Assembly (NCBI GenBank): GCA_964592275.1
Contig: CAZQDJ010000001.1
Location: forward strand, 4,770-68,769
Direction of reading: 5' to 3'
Length of the DNA stretch: 64,000 nt
DNA from: an uncultured Pseudomonadota bacterium
GTDB taxonomy: Bacteria; Babelota; Babeliae; Babelales; CAIQNR01
The notes below the pieces were generated by a model. It searched no databases. It was not told where the DNA came from and worked only from the letters and a program-made list of their open reading frames with translations. This document shows, piece after piece, positions 10,361 to 18,912 of this stretch (position 1 is its first letter; each line of letters opens with the position of its first letter). The translations under genes and the position numbers were made by a program.

Positions 10361-11547
10361 TTTCCACCTTTTTTAGTAAAATTTTCTTCTTTTTCAAAAA
10401 TCTCTTGTGCATGATTCCATGCAAATAATACTGCATAATCAGGAGTATCATCGGTAAATTCTTGATAGGGCTTAATAGGAATATGCATTCCAGGACTAAA
10501 CTTACCCTGCTTTAAAGGAGTCGTATCACTAATATAGTCTATGCTCTCTTTCCCAATACCACAGTAATTCAAAATTGTGGTGCTCTTTGATGTTGCAGCA
10601 TAGCCAACTACTCGTTTACCGGCAGCTTTTAACTCTTTTAAAAGAATAACTAATTCTTGCCTGCTTTTTTCACAAGCATCTCTAAAATGAATAAAGGTCT
10701 CTACTTTATCAAGACCAAGGATTTTTTCGATTTCTAACTGTTTTTTAACAGAATCTTGAATAGTTCTTTGTCCTTTTAGACAAAGATAATAACGCATTGA
10801 TCCGCCATGAGTTATTTGAGACTCAACATGAAAAAGTTCTAACCCATAAGGTTCAAATATCTGCTGAACCGAAAGAAGACTAAAAATATACACATGCTCA
10901 TCGTAAATTTGATCATAGGAAATCTTTTGAATCACATCACCTAAATAAGGATCTTCAAATATAAAAACTCCCTCTTTTTTTAGTAATGAAACAACTCCTT
11001 TTGCCACAGAAGCAAGATCAGGGATATGACACATTACATTAGAAGCGCAAATAATATCTGCTTGCCCGTAATCCTTTAAAATTTCAGCCGCTGTTTGCTC
11101 ACCAAAAAATGCCACTTTTGTAGCAACCCCTTGCTCACGAGCAATGTGAGCCACATTTTCAGAAGGCTCTACTCCTAAATGATTAATACCTTCTTGAGCA
11201 AAATACTTGAGCATAATCCCATCATTACTTCCCAATTCAACAACAAATGCTTTTTGAGTATCAGTAATGAACTGTTGTCTATAATTTTCAGCCATTGTTT
11301 TAAAATGCTCAGCCATTTTTTTTGAAGTGCCAGAAAAAAAAGCGTAATTTTCGTGAAACATAAGCTGAGGATCTGGTTGTTCAACAAGTTGAAATGTCTT
11401 ACAAGACGCACAAAACATCGTTTCTAAATCAAAAAAATATTCTTCTTTAAAAGAATCCTGTTTCAAAAAATTATTAGCTATAGGCATCTTTCCAAAAGAG
11501 TTGATTACTTGTGTTTTATTACTGCATATTCTACAAACCATTATCAC
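10315..11547 (-). CDS. NDP-hexose C-methyltransferase-like SAM-dependent methyltransferase
   Basis: 410 aa. N-terminal Cys4 zinc ribbon (CRICSN...CASCKT), SAM motif VVELGSNDG, and a C-terminal C-methyltransferase-type domain (TylCIII-like architecture). Confidence 0.7.
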   Translation of the reverse strand: MIMVCRICSNKTQVINSFGKMPIANNFLKQDSFKEEYFFDLETMFCASCKTFQLVEQPDPQLMFHENYAFFSGTSKKMAEHFKTMAENYRQQFITDTQKAFVVELGSNDGIMLKYFAQEGINHLGVEPSENVAHIAREQGVATKVAFFGEQTAAEILKDYGQADIICASNVMCHIPDLASVAKGVVSLLKKEGVFIFEDPYLGDVIQKISYDQIYDEHVYIFSLLSVQQIFEPYGLELFHVESQITHGGSMRYYLCLKGQRTIQDSVKKQLEIEKILGLDKVETFIHFRDACEKSRQELVILLKELKAAGKRVVGYAATSKSTTILNYCGIGKESIDYISDTTPLKQGKFSPGMHIPIKPYQEFTDDTPDYAVLFAWNHAQEIFEKEENFTKKGGKWITFIPEVKVLEQV

Positions 11548-12670
11548 TCCTTAAGCCTTTTATTATCTTTGGTGGCATTTTCAAATCTTCTATACCAGAC
11601 CGATATGCATGTATTTTAGAATCTTTAATTAAATTATTTACCAATTCAAATTCTACGTAATAGGAAGAACTTTTTTCGTAAAGAAAGCATTCTCCTGATA
11701 AACGAGATCTCTTTATTGCATTAAAAGCCTTTTTTATCTGTTTTAATCCAACCAATACACAAACAGGAGCAAACTGCTTTATTAATCGCTTTACCGAAAA
11801 ACCAGTTACTCTTTGATGAGGAAAAATACAATTAAAATGATATTCAATAAATTTTTGTATAATAATCTTACTTTTAAAATCAGCAGTTTTTGAATCTAAC
11901 TGCAAGGCCTGCTCTAATGCATTCTTTATCCCTAATTCCATTAATCGCGCATTTTTTTCAAAATTTTCATCGAGCAACCATTTTTCATGATATTTTGCTC
12001 CTGTAGAAGTCTTCCTTTGCTCTCTCCATGAAAAAGGGACCTTTAAATATTTTCCCTTGCCAGAAAGAAGGGCGAGAATAGTAACCATATTTTCAAGAAA
12101 TTTTCCACAAAAATCATTGGCATAAATCATGCTCTGCTCTAAAACAGAATCCAGAACCGCTGTTCTGAAAAGTGAATGAAATGTAGAAGTATAATTCACA
12201 AGATACGAATCAATTCTTTCAAGAGAATTTTCTTGAGCAATCGATCTTGGATGATAAGAATCACCGGTATAGTACCAATCAAGATCAGTACCAACATAGG
12301 TGTATCCATATTGATATCCGGCAACAAAGGAGTAATCGGGATTATCGCACAAAAAAAATGCTCCTTCACGAAGCGTCTGAACTGAAAAAAAATCGTCCAT
12401 AGAAGCAAGAAGAACATAGGGAGTACAAACTTGCTTAACAACCAATCCTACCTTTTCTGTAAATGTTGTTGCATTGTCATACTCGAATATAATCGGAAAA
12501 AACAAATCACTTTGAAACTCTTTCACGATCATACGCATCTGAATTCTTTCTTCAGAAGAACTAGAATCAGCGATGAAAATCCTGCCCTTAAACCCTGCTG
12601 TTTTGTAATAATCAAGGGCCCTTTTCAAATACTGAGAAGTATCTCTAGACAGTAAAATTATTGTTATCAT
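11531..12670 (-). CDS. putative GT-A-like glycosyltransferase, uncharacterised
   Basis: 379 aa. The N-terminus ITIILLSRDTSQYLKRALDYY...IFIADSS resembles GT2-like domains seen in polysaccharide loci. The assignment is weak. Confidence 0.4.
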   Translation of the reverse strand: MITIILLSRDTSQYLKRALDYYKTAGFKGRIFIADSSSSEERIQMRMIVKEFQSDLFFPIIFEYDNATTFTEKVGLVVKQVCTPYVLLASMDDFFSVQTLREGAFFLCDNPDYSFVAGYQYGYTYVGTDLDWYYTGDSYHPRSIAQENSLERIDSYLVNYTSTFHSLFRTAVLDSVLEQSMIYANDFCGKFLENMVTILALLSGKGKYLKVPFSWREQRKTSTGAKYHEKWLLDENFEKNARLMELGIKNALEQALQLDSKTADFKSKIIIQKFIEYHFNCIFPHQRVTGFSVKRLIKQFAPVCVLVGLKQIKKAFNAIKRSRLSGECFLYEKSSSYYVEFELVNNLIKDSKIHAYRSGIEDLKMPPKIIKGLRSDNGL

Positions 12671-12679
12671 GTGTATCCT

Positions 12680-13945
12680 TTAAGAAGTATGCCATTTCAA
12701 AAAAGGTTTTATTTTCCCTTTTTTATTTTGTAGAAAAGCTGACCTATCAGTACTTTTTTCCACAGAATGCTCACTCATAACAAAATTGAGAATATTTTTT
12801 TCAGAAAATAAAGTTGCTTGTTCAAAATCAGGTAAAGTACCATCATATCCAAGGTCAAAAACCTCAAGACCAACCATAACTACTCCCTCCTGAAAAATAT
12901 GCTCTGGAATCGTGCAAACTAATGTTTCTTTAGCATCTAGCGCAACAGCTTCATAATCTCGCACAACCCTAGAACTCGTAAAAAGCAAATCTTCTTCTTC
13001 ATTATAAAAAGAGAGAATAAATAAGGCTGTTTTATCACTATCAAACCTCCTGAACCCTATGTGAACTTTAAGCGGATCAGAAAGAAAAAACCGTTCTTGT
13101 TCATCACCATCAGTAGAAAGAATTTTAAGAGAGTCAAGAGCAAGCAAAGAACCTAACATAAGTCCGACATCACCCCACACCACTGAAGAAGAAGCAATCT
13201 TTTGTGTTCCCAAGTGAGCAGCCACTGCCTGAAGAGGGCCTCCTATAAATTCTTCACGCCCTTGCTTTAAAACAAGCACTCGAGAACATAATTTTTTTAC
13301 AGCCACAAGATTATGTGAAACAAATAAAATCGTTCTGCCAGCTTTTCCCAAGTCACTCATTGATTGAATACATTTTTTTTCAAACTCATAGTCACCCACT
13401 GCTAACACTTCATCTATCAAAAGAATTTCTGGTCGCAAGTGCGCCGCTACTGAAAAGGCAAGCCGTAACCGCATCCCTGATGAATATTTTTTTACCGGGA
13501 TATCAAGAAACTGTTCTACCCCTGCAAATGACACAATTTCATCGAAATACTTACTTATTTCCCAACGCTTCATCCCAAGAATAACTCCACTCAGGTAAAT
13601 ATTTTCACGGCCACTTAGTTCTCCATGAAACCCAGTTCCCACCTCTAAAAGGCTCGCTACGCGTCCACGAATTGTCACTTTGCCAGAGGTAGGTGCGGTT
13701 ATTCTGCTCAAAATTTTTAATAAAGTACTTTTACCAGAACCATTTTTTCCAATAACTCCCAGTACTTCTCCTTCTTGAACTTCAAAAGAAACATCTTTTA
13801 AGGCATAGAAAGATTTTTTAGGTAACGATGGTTTAAATAAAGAACTCACTTGAGAAAACAAAAGCTCGCGAAAGCTCTGATCCTTATCAGCTTGAGTTCC
13901 GAGTTGATAGATTTTTGAAAGATTTTCAACAATTATGCGCTTCAT
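12680..13945 (-). CDS. wzt: O-antigen/teichoic-acid-type ABC exporter ATPase with C-terminal extension
   Basis: 421 aa. Walker A GKNGSGKST, signature YSSGMRLRL, Walker B ILLIDEVLAVGD. The roughly 170-aa C-terminal domain is typical of Wzt carbohydrate-binding modules. Confidence 0.85.
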   Translation of the reverse strand: MKRIIVENLSKIYQLGTQADKDQSFRELLFSQVSSLFKPSLPKKSFYALKDVSFEVQEGEVLGVIGKNGSGKSTLLKILSRITAPTSGKVTIRGRVASLLEVGTGFHGELSGRENIYLSGVILGMKRWEISKYFDEIVSFAGVEQFLDIPVKKYSSGMRLRLAFSVAAHLRPEILLIDEVLAVGDYEFEKKCIQSMSDLGKAGRTILFVSHNLVAVKKLCSRVLVLKQGREEFIGGPLQAVAAHLGTQKIASSSVVWGDVGLMLGSLLALDSLKILSTDGDEQERFFLSDPLKVHIGFRRFDSDKTALFILSFYNEEEDLLFTSSRVVRDYEAVALDAKETLVCTIPEHIFQEGVVMVGLEVFDLGYDGTLPDFEQATLFSEKNILNFVMSEHSVEKSTDRSAFLQNKKGKIKPFLKWHTS

Positions 13946-13954
13946 ACATAAACC

Positions 13955-14770
13955 TTAAATGATATCTGCAAACTGTTCTTCTGCTTTTTTAAAGTACAGA
14001 ATACTCACAATAGAAATGCCCACTGTCATTGCCAACGAAACAACCGCATACTCACCATACAACGGCTCATTCAACAAACAAAAACGAAACCCATTAATAA
14101 TTCCAGACAATGGATTCAGTGCCAAAAAAATACGTAGTTGTTGCGGAACCATACAAAAATTAAAAGCAACAGGAGTGCAATAAATCCCTAACTGGGCAAC
14201 AAACGGTAAAATGTGCCTGAAATCTCGATAGCGAACTATAAGCGAAGCGAATAAAAGACTAACAGATAGAGATAGTACCGCTAACCAAATACCAAACAAT
14301 GGTAAGAAAAAAATAGTAAGTGAAGGGAAATACTGATAGCGAAAAATGGCAATCAACAAGTAACACAAAAATGAAATGGAAAAATCAACGCCAGCACACA
14401 GCAATCGACTTGAAGGAAGCATGATCCGCGGAAAGTAAACCTTAGAAACTAACTGTTCATTTGCTAAAAAACTCATACTTGCATGCGTTAACATGTCAGC
14501 AAAAAATTGCCAGGCAAGCATCGCAGAAAAAATCACCAATGAGTACGGAGTATTTCCACTTGATATTCCCGCAATTTTACTAAAAATAACCGTGAAAACT
14601 GCCACTGTTAAAAGCGGCCTCACTACAACCCATAACACTCCAATAACTGTTTGCTTATATTGAACGAGAATATCTCGCCACCCTAAAAAGAAGAAAACTT
14701 CCCGATAATCCCAAAGCTCACCAAACACTACTTTCCATGATTTTTTAGGAGTGATAATTATTTCATTCAT
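13955..14770 (-). CDS. wzm: ABC-2 type polysaccharide exporter permease
   Basis: About 271 aa counted from the ATG at 14770, which overlaps the stop of the upstream ORF as ATGA. Six predicted TM segments. Adjacent to wzt. Confidence 0.8.
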   Translation of the reverse strand: MNEIIITPKKSWKVVFGELWDYREVFFFLGWRDILVQYKQTVIGVLWVVVRPLLTVAVFTVIFSKIAGISSGNTPYSLVIFSAMLAWQFFADMLTHASMSFLANEQLVSKVYFPRIMLPSSRLLCAGVDFSISFLCYLLIAIFRYQYFPSLTIFFLPLFGIWLAVLSLSVSLLFASLIVRYRDFRHILPFVAQLGIYCTPVAFNFCMVPQQLRIFLALNPLSGIINGFRFCLLNEPLYGEYAVVSLAMTVGISIVSILYFKKAEEQFADII

Positions 14771-15396
14771 TGTGCACACTCTCTTTTTATTCGTTTCGGA
14801 TCAAACTGTTCCGTATCAACTCCATTGGGATTTACCAAGATTTTTTTTGCGGGTACACCCCAACTAATAAGCTCATTTTTTAGAATTTCTGAAACTACCA
14901 CAAGATAATCTGCTTGTCTTATGGTATATCGTTCAATCCACGACAAAGGCTTTATCAAAAACGTTAATCTTTTTTTAGGAACCCATTCAAATGCGGTCCA
15001 TACCTCTGAACAGTTATATTCAAGAATTAATTTCTTTCTGTACCAACGCGCAAGCAACACACCAGTCAAGTTAAGAAGACTATAACGTTGATAGATACAG
15101 GCAATAGGATACTCATGAATAAGTTTTTTAGTTTGAAAAAAGAAAAAAAAAGATGATAAAAAACAGTTCATCTTCCAGCATAAGAATCGCAACCATTGAG
15201 GATTTGAAAGCTTTACCAATGTTTCTAATTTCACATTCTTTAATGCTGAGTCCAAACACGAAGAAGCGCACACAACTCGATACCCAAGTTCATGAAATCC
15301 TTTGATAACTCCCAGCGTATGAGTTACTGAACCACCTACGATTAATTCTTCATCCCAAATATCGGTGCGCAGATACAAAATATATTTGTCGCTCAT
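14767..15396 (-). CDS. GT4-family (GT-B) glycosyltransferase, N-terminal acceptor half only
   Basis: 209 aa. GGSVTHTLGVIKGFHELGYRV and ADYLVVVSE...ILVNPNGVDTEQFDP are N-domain motifs of GT4 enzymes. The ORF stops right after the linker, and no C-domain follows. Confidence 0.7.
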   Translation of the reverse strand: MSDKYILYLRTDIWDEELIVGGSVTHTLGVIKGFHELGYRVVCASSCLDSALKNVKLETLVKLSNPQWLRFLCWKMNCFLSSFFFFFQTKKLIHEYPIACIYQRYSLLNLTGVLLARWYRKKLILEYNCSEVWTAFEWVPKKRLTFLIKPLSWIERYTIRQADYLVVVSEILKNELISWGVPAKKILVNPNGVDTEQFDPKRIKRECAQ

Positions 15397-17348
15397 TCAA
15401 GCGCCCCTGTTGCTAAAAGATTTTGAAGAGCCCATAACTGTGGAGAATAATTACCATAAGAAAGCGTGTTATTTTTTACTATTTTCTCAATTTCTGCGCC
15501 CTTAAAAAGAAACTCTAAGTCATGCCGCTTGGTAGATAACAAATCAGAAAAATAAGCTTTAAAGTACGATCCATTTTTGAACCAATGAGCTGCAGGAGTT
15601 CCAAAACCAACTTTTTTACGATAAATAATATCGTTTGGTAAAATACCTTCACATGCCTTTTTAAGAATGTATTTTGTTATCCCATTTTTGTATTTCAGTG
15701 CAGTTGAAACCTGAAGAGCAAATTCAACATGCTCATGATCCAAGAATGGAACGCGTCCTTCAACTGACGTTGCCATGGTCATTTTATCAACACGCATCAG
15801 TAACAACTCAGGAAGGCGTTGTTTAAGTTCTAAGTAGGTCATGGATTGTAAAAAATCACCTTGCGGATTTTTTACATAAAACTTTTTAAGATGATATTCA
15901 ACTATTGCATAACTATCAGATGTTTGTTGTAACTCTGGGTATATTTTTCTAATGACGTCATCCTCGCTTTGTTTCTCGTCAAAAAAAAGTAATTGACGCT
16001 TCCAATCATCTGAAAAAGCAATCGCTTCCCCCCAAAATAAATGCTGCCCAGAAGCCCACCTATCAACAACAAACTGCTGATTTTTTTTATAAGGAAAAAG
16101 CTGTGCAGCAATCCACGCCCCTGCTTTTTTGATTGGTTGAGGTATGCCCACGGTTGGTTGATAATAGCGGCGATAAACATCAAGGTACTGAGCATAGCTT
16201 TGATACCCACAATAGAGCTCATCAGATCCTTCGCCCACTTGAACAACGGCAACCCCTGAATCTCTCAGTAATTTTGAAACATAATACAAGGGAATGCAGA
16301 CAGAATCGGCTAATGGCTCATCTTGGTGGTACACCATTTTTTGGAAAAATTCGAATGCTTCTTTTTCAGAAATCGTAATTTCATAATGCTCGGTATTGAA
16401 TAATTTTGAAACTTTACGCGCCCAGGCAACTTCGCTGTATTCAGGACCATCAGAAAATGAAACGTTAAACGTCTTCACTCGGTCAGTAAATCGAGACATC
16501 AATGCAGTGATTAAACTTGAATCGACTCCTCCTGATAAAAAGACTCCAAAAGAAACATCCGATATCATTCGTTTTTGTACTGCATCAGTCAGCAGAGTGC
16601 GAATTTGAGCAATACAAAACTGTTCATCAGCTAAATCTTTTTCTGGATACATAATTTTCGGGACAAGCGGATTATACCATTCATGAAAAGTTATTTCTTT
16701 TGCCGTATCCATTTTCATATACATACCAGCAGGGAGCTTATACATCCCTTGATATAACGTGTAAGGAGCCGGAGTTACCAGAAACGTAAGATAATGATAC
16801 AACGCCTGGTGATTAAGTTTTTTATTCAGCCATGGCAAGTGCCACAACGCTTTAATTTCTGAAGCAAAACTAAAATAGCCCCCTTCTAAAGAAAAATAAA
16901 ATGGCTTAATTCCAATACGATCACGAACACAATACCACTCATTGGTCAGCAAATTACCTAATACAGCCGCAAACATACCTTCTAACTTATCAAGGCACGC
17001 AATTCCCCATTGTTTAAAAGCGTAGAGAAATACTTCTGTATCGGTCTGAGAAGTGAACTGGTGACCATATCCTTCAAGCTCTGTACGTAATTTTTTGTAA
17101 TTATAAATTTCACCATTGAACATAATGACAGTCGTTCTCTGTGCATCGAACATCGGCTGCGCGCCAGCATGCGAAAGATCAATGATACTCAATCGACGAT
17201 AGACAAAGGCTGCTTTATGTTTTTCAGAAACCCAAATACCATGTCCGTCAGGCCCCCGATGAGCAATAGTGGTATGCATTTTTTCAAGAACTTCTTGGTC
17301 AACTGCAAACTGTCCGCCACATGAAATATACCCTGCAAATCCACACAT
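15393..17348 (-). CDS. asparagine synthase (glutamine-hydrolysing)-type amidotransferase
   Basis: About 651 aa from the ATG at 17348, which gives the MCGFAGY N-terminal nucleophile Cys. FLSGGVDSS PP-loop. The context suggests sugar or uronate amidation. Confidence 0.85.
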   Translation of the reverse strand: MCGFAGYISCGGQFAVDQEVLEKMHTTIAHRGPDGHGIWVSEKHKAAFVYRRLSIIDLSHAGAQPMFDAQRTTVIMFNGEIYNYKKLRTELEGYGHQFTSQTDTEVFLYAFKQWGIACLDKLEGMFAAVLGNLLTNEWYCVRDRIGIKPFYFSLEGGYFSFASEIKALWHLPWLNKKLNHQALYHYLTFLVTPAPYTLYQGMYKLPAGMYMKMDTAKEITFHEWYNPLVPKIMYPEKDLADEQFCIAQIRTLLTDAVQKRMISDVSFGVFLSGGVDSSLITALMSRFTDRVKTFNVSFSDGPEYSEVAWARKVSKLFNTEHYEITISEKEAFEFFQKMVYHQDEPLADSVCIPLYYVSKLLRDSGVAVVQVGEGSDELYCGYQSYAQYLDVYRRYYQPTVGIPQPIKKAGAWIAAQLFPYKKNQQFVVDRWASGQHLFWGEAIAFSDDWKRQLLFFDEKQSEDDVIRKIYPELQQTSDSYAIVEYHLKKFYVKNPQGDFLQSMTYLELKQRLPELLLMRVDKMTMATSVEGRVPFLDHEHVEFALQVSTALKYKNGITKYILKKACEGILPNDIIYRKKVGFGTPAAHWFKNGSYFKAYFSDLLSTKRHDLEFLFKGAEIEKIVKNNTLSYGNYSPQLWALQNLLATGALE

Positions 17349-17403
17349 ACTACACACCTTTTTTAGTCTCTTTATCTATTAGTTCGCTAACTCGGCCTTG
17401 TGT

Positions 17404-17466
17404 GTCATTCCCAGCTTGCACTAGCAAGTAGGTAGGGGAATCTTTGGCGTACCTATCAAGTCCTTT
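17404..17466 (+). repeat. structured repeat, copy D (GTCATTCCCAG...GGGGAATC variant)
   Basis: GTCATTCCCAG-CTTGC ACTA GCAAG-TAGGTAGGGGAATC, followed by GGCGTACCTATCAAGTCCT. Homologous to the copies at 62.3-62.8 kb. Confidence 0.6.
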
Positions 17467-17491
17467 TAAATGAATTTTTTATTTTTTCAAA

Positions 17492-17528
17492 GATCCCCGT
17501 ACCGTTCACTCCGTTCTCTGGGGATGAC
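17492..17528 (-). repeat. structured repeat, copy E (minimal 37-nt form)
   Basis: The reverse complement reads GTCATCCCCAGAGAACGGAGTGAACGGTACGGGGATC. It overlaps the last 8 codons and the stop of ORF 17506..18912. Confidence 0.65.
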
Positions 17529-18912
17529 ACGTTTTACTATTACGTCGCTGAAAATGACACTTATACATTTTATACAAACTTAAAATACCTTGTGCTGCAA
17601 GTATCAATAATAACGGTTCAAATAAAATGCGGTATCTTCCAGCGCCATAAAAGCCCGTTACTGCAGAAAAACACCCAATTACACAGAAGAAAAAAATCAG
17701 AAGTTCATACAATCCTTTTTGATACCAGTCTTTTATTGCCCATGCACCAAAGAACCATTTTAAACCGTTCATTACGGCTTCAAAAAGCATGAGTGACCCA
17801 ACAAATGGATTTCTGAATGCCCACGCAAAATAGCTATAAACTTGCGCAAAAAGCGATCCTTGTAATTCATGAAAAGGGATGATGTTCCCGCGCATTCCTG
17901 AATCGAAAAGAAGCTGTAACTGAACTGAATATAATCCAAAAAAAGTTTTTGAAATATTCTGAAGATACATCTTTAAAACAATAAAGGGATGATCTAAACA
18001 TGTTTCAAAAAAAAGCTTTTTTAAAGGAATCCAATATTCTTGCTGAAAAGTCGAATAACGAATATCCCCTAACGTTCTCAATTCTGAAACTATTTCCAAA
18101 ACAGGTCTTTTTTGTAGCTGTGCCTGAATAACTGCATGAAACCAATGATAAAGACCTCCCTCTACCAAAAAAGAAAGTTTGTAACACCCAAAAACCATCC
18201 CATTTCTGATGATGTACCACATAATAGGAATATAAAATGCTCCACAAAAATAAGCATAATCACCCCATGTCACTGAAAGTCGAATCACACGAGAAAGAAC
18301 AAAAAAACAAAACGCTAAACACCACGGGAAAAATAAAGCGGTCGGTTTTACTAGAACAGAAAGACCAAGGAAAAAGCCTGCTAAAACAAGATTGATCCTT
18401 TTTTTTGTATAATAAAAGAGAGCACACTGTTCAAAAAAAACAGTTACCAAAAAAAGTAATAAAGTATCTGCCAACATAAATTGCGGGTACACAAAAAAAG
18501 CCCCATCAACTAATGCAAGTGCAAAAACAATACGCGCACATGTCCGTCCACACAAAAGAAAAGCTGTCTGAGCTGTTGAGAAAATAGAAAACAACGCTAG
18601 CAAAACCTGTAGTGCAATTACGAGCCAAAGATCTTCTCCATAATCTCGGTAGATTATCCCCAAGAAAAAATGATATCCCCGTGTATGAACAGGAAGGAAA
18701 CCATCAGGCTCACAAACATTTCCTGTCTTTACAAAGTTGCGAGCAACTCGATCGTAAGCAGAAGAATCAACGTCATAATGACCATCTTGAAAGCTATACG
18801 AATAAAGCCCATATGAAAATGCCACAAAAATGATTGATCCAACCGTTGAAAAAAACTTATTCTCCGTAAGAAAATTCTTTATTTCCGCCACCTTTGCATA
18901 CCAATTCGTCAA
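17506..18912 (-). CDS. polytopic membrane protein, GT-C (ArnT/PMT-like) glycosyltransferase candidate
   Basis: 468 aa with more than 10 hydrophobic segments. The first loop (DVDSSAYDRVARNF) is reminiscent of ArnT/PMT_2 enzymes. The C-terminal TCHPQRTE* is encoded by repeat copy E. Confidence 0.5.
   Translation of the reverse strand: MTNWYAKVAEIKNFLTENKFFSTVGSIIFVAFSYGLYSYSFQDGHYDVDSSAYDRVARNFVKTGNVCEPDGFLPVHTRGYHFFLGIIYRDYGEDLWLVIALQVLLALFSIFSTAQTAFLLCGRTCARIVFALALVDGAFFVYPQFMLADTLLLFLVTVFFEQCALFYYTKKRINLVLAGFFLGLSVLVKPTALFFPWCLAFCFFVLSRVIRLSVTWGDYAYFCGAFYIPIMWYIIRNGMVFGCYKLSFLVEGGLYHWFHAVIQAQLQKRPVLEIVSELRTLGDIRYSTFQQEYWIPLKKLFFETCLDHPFIVLKMYLQNISKTFFGLYSVQLQLLFDSGMRGNIIPFHELQGSLFAQVYSYFAWAFRNPFVGSLMLFEAVMNGLKWFFGAWAIKDWYQKGLYELLIFFFCVIGCFSAVTGFYGAGRYRILFEPLLLILAAQGILSLYKMYKCHFQRRNSKTCHPQRTE

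Noticed and set aside
15143-15151. A9/T9 homopolymer inside the GT4 N-half gene (encoding FFFFF) as a phase-variation switch
   Set aside because: Homopolymers of 8-9 nt also occur inside clearly essential genes here, for example T9 at about 59145-59153 in alr. They are also common in intergenic DNA. In this AT-rich background the tract alone is not evidence for slipped-strand regulation.
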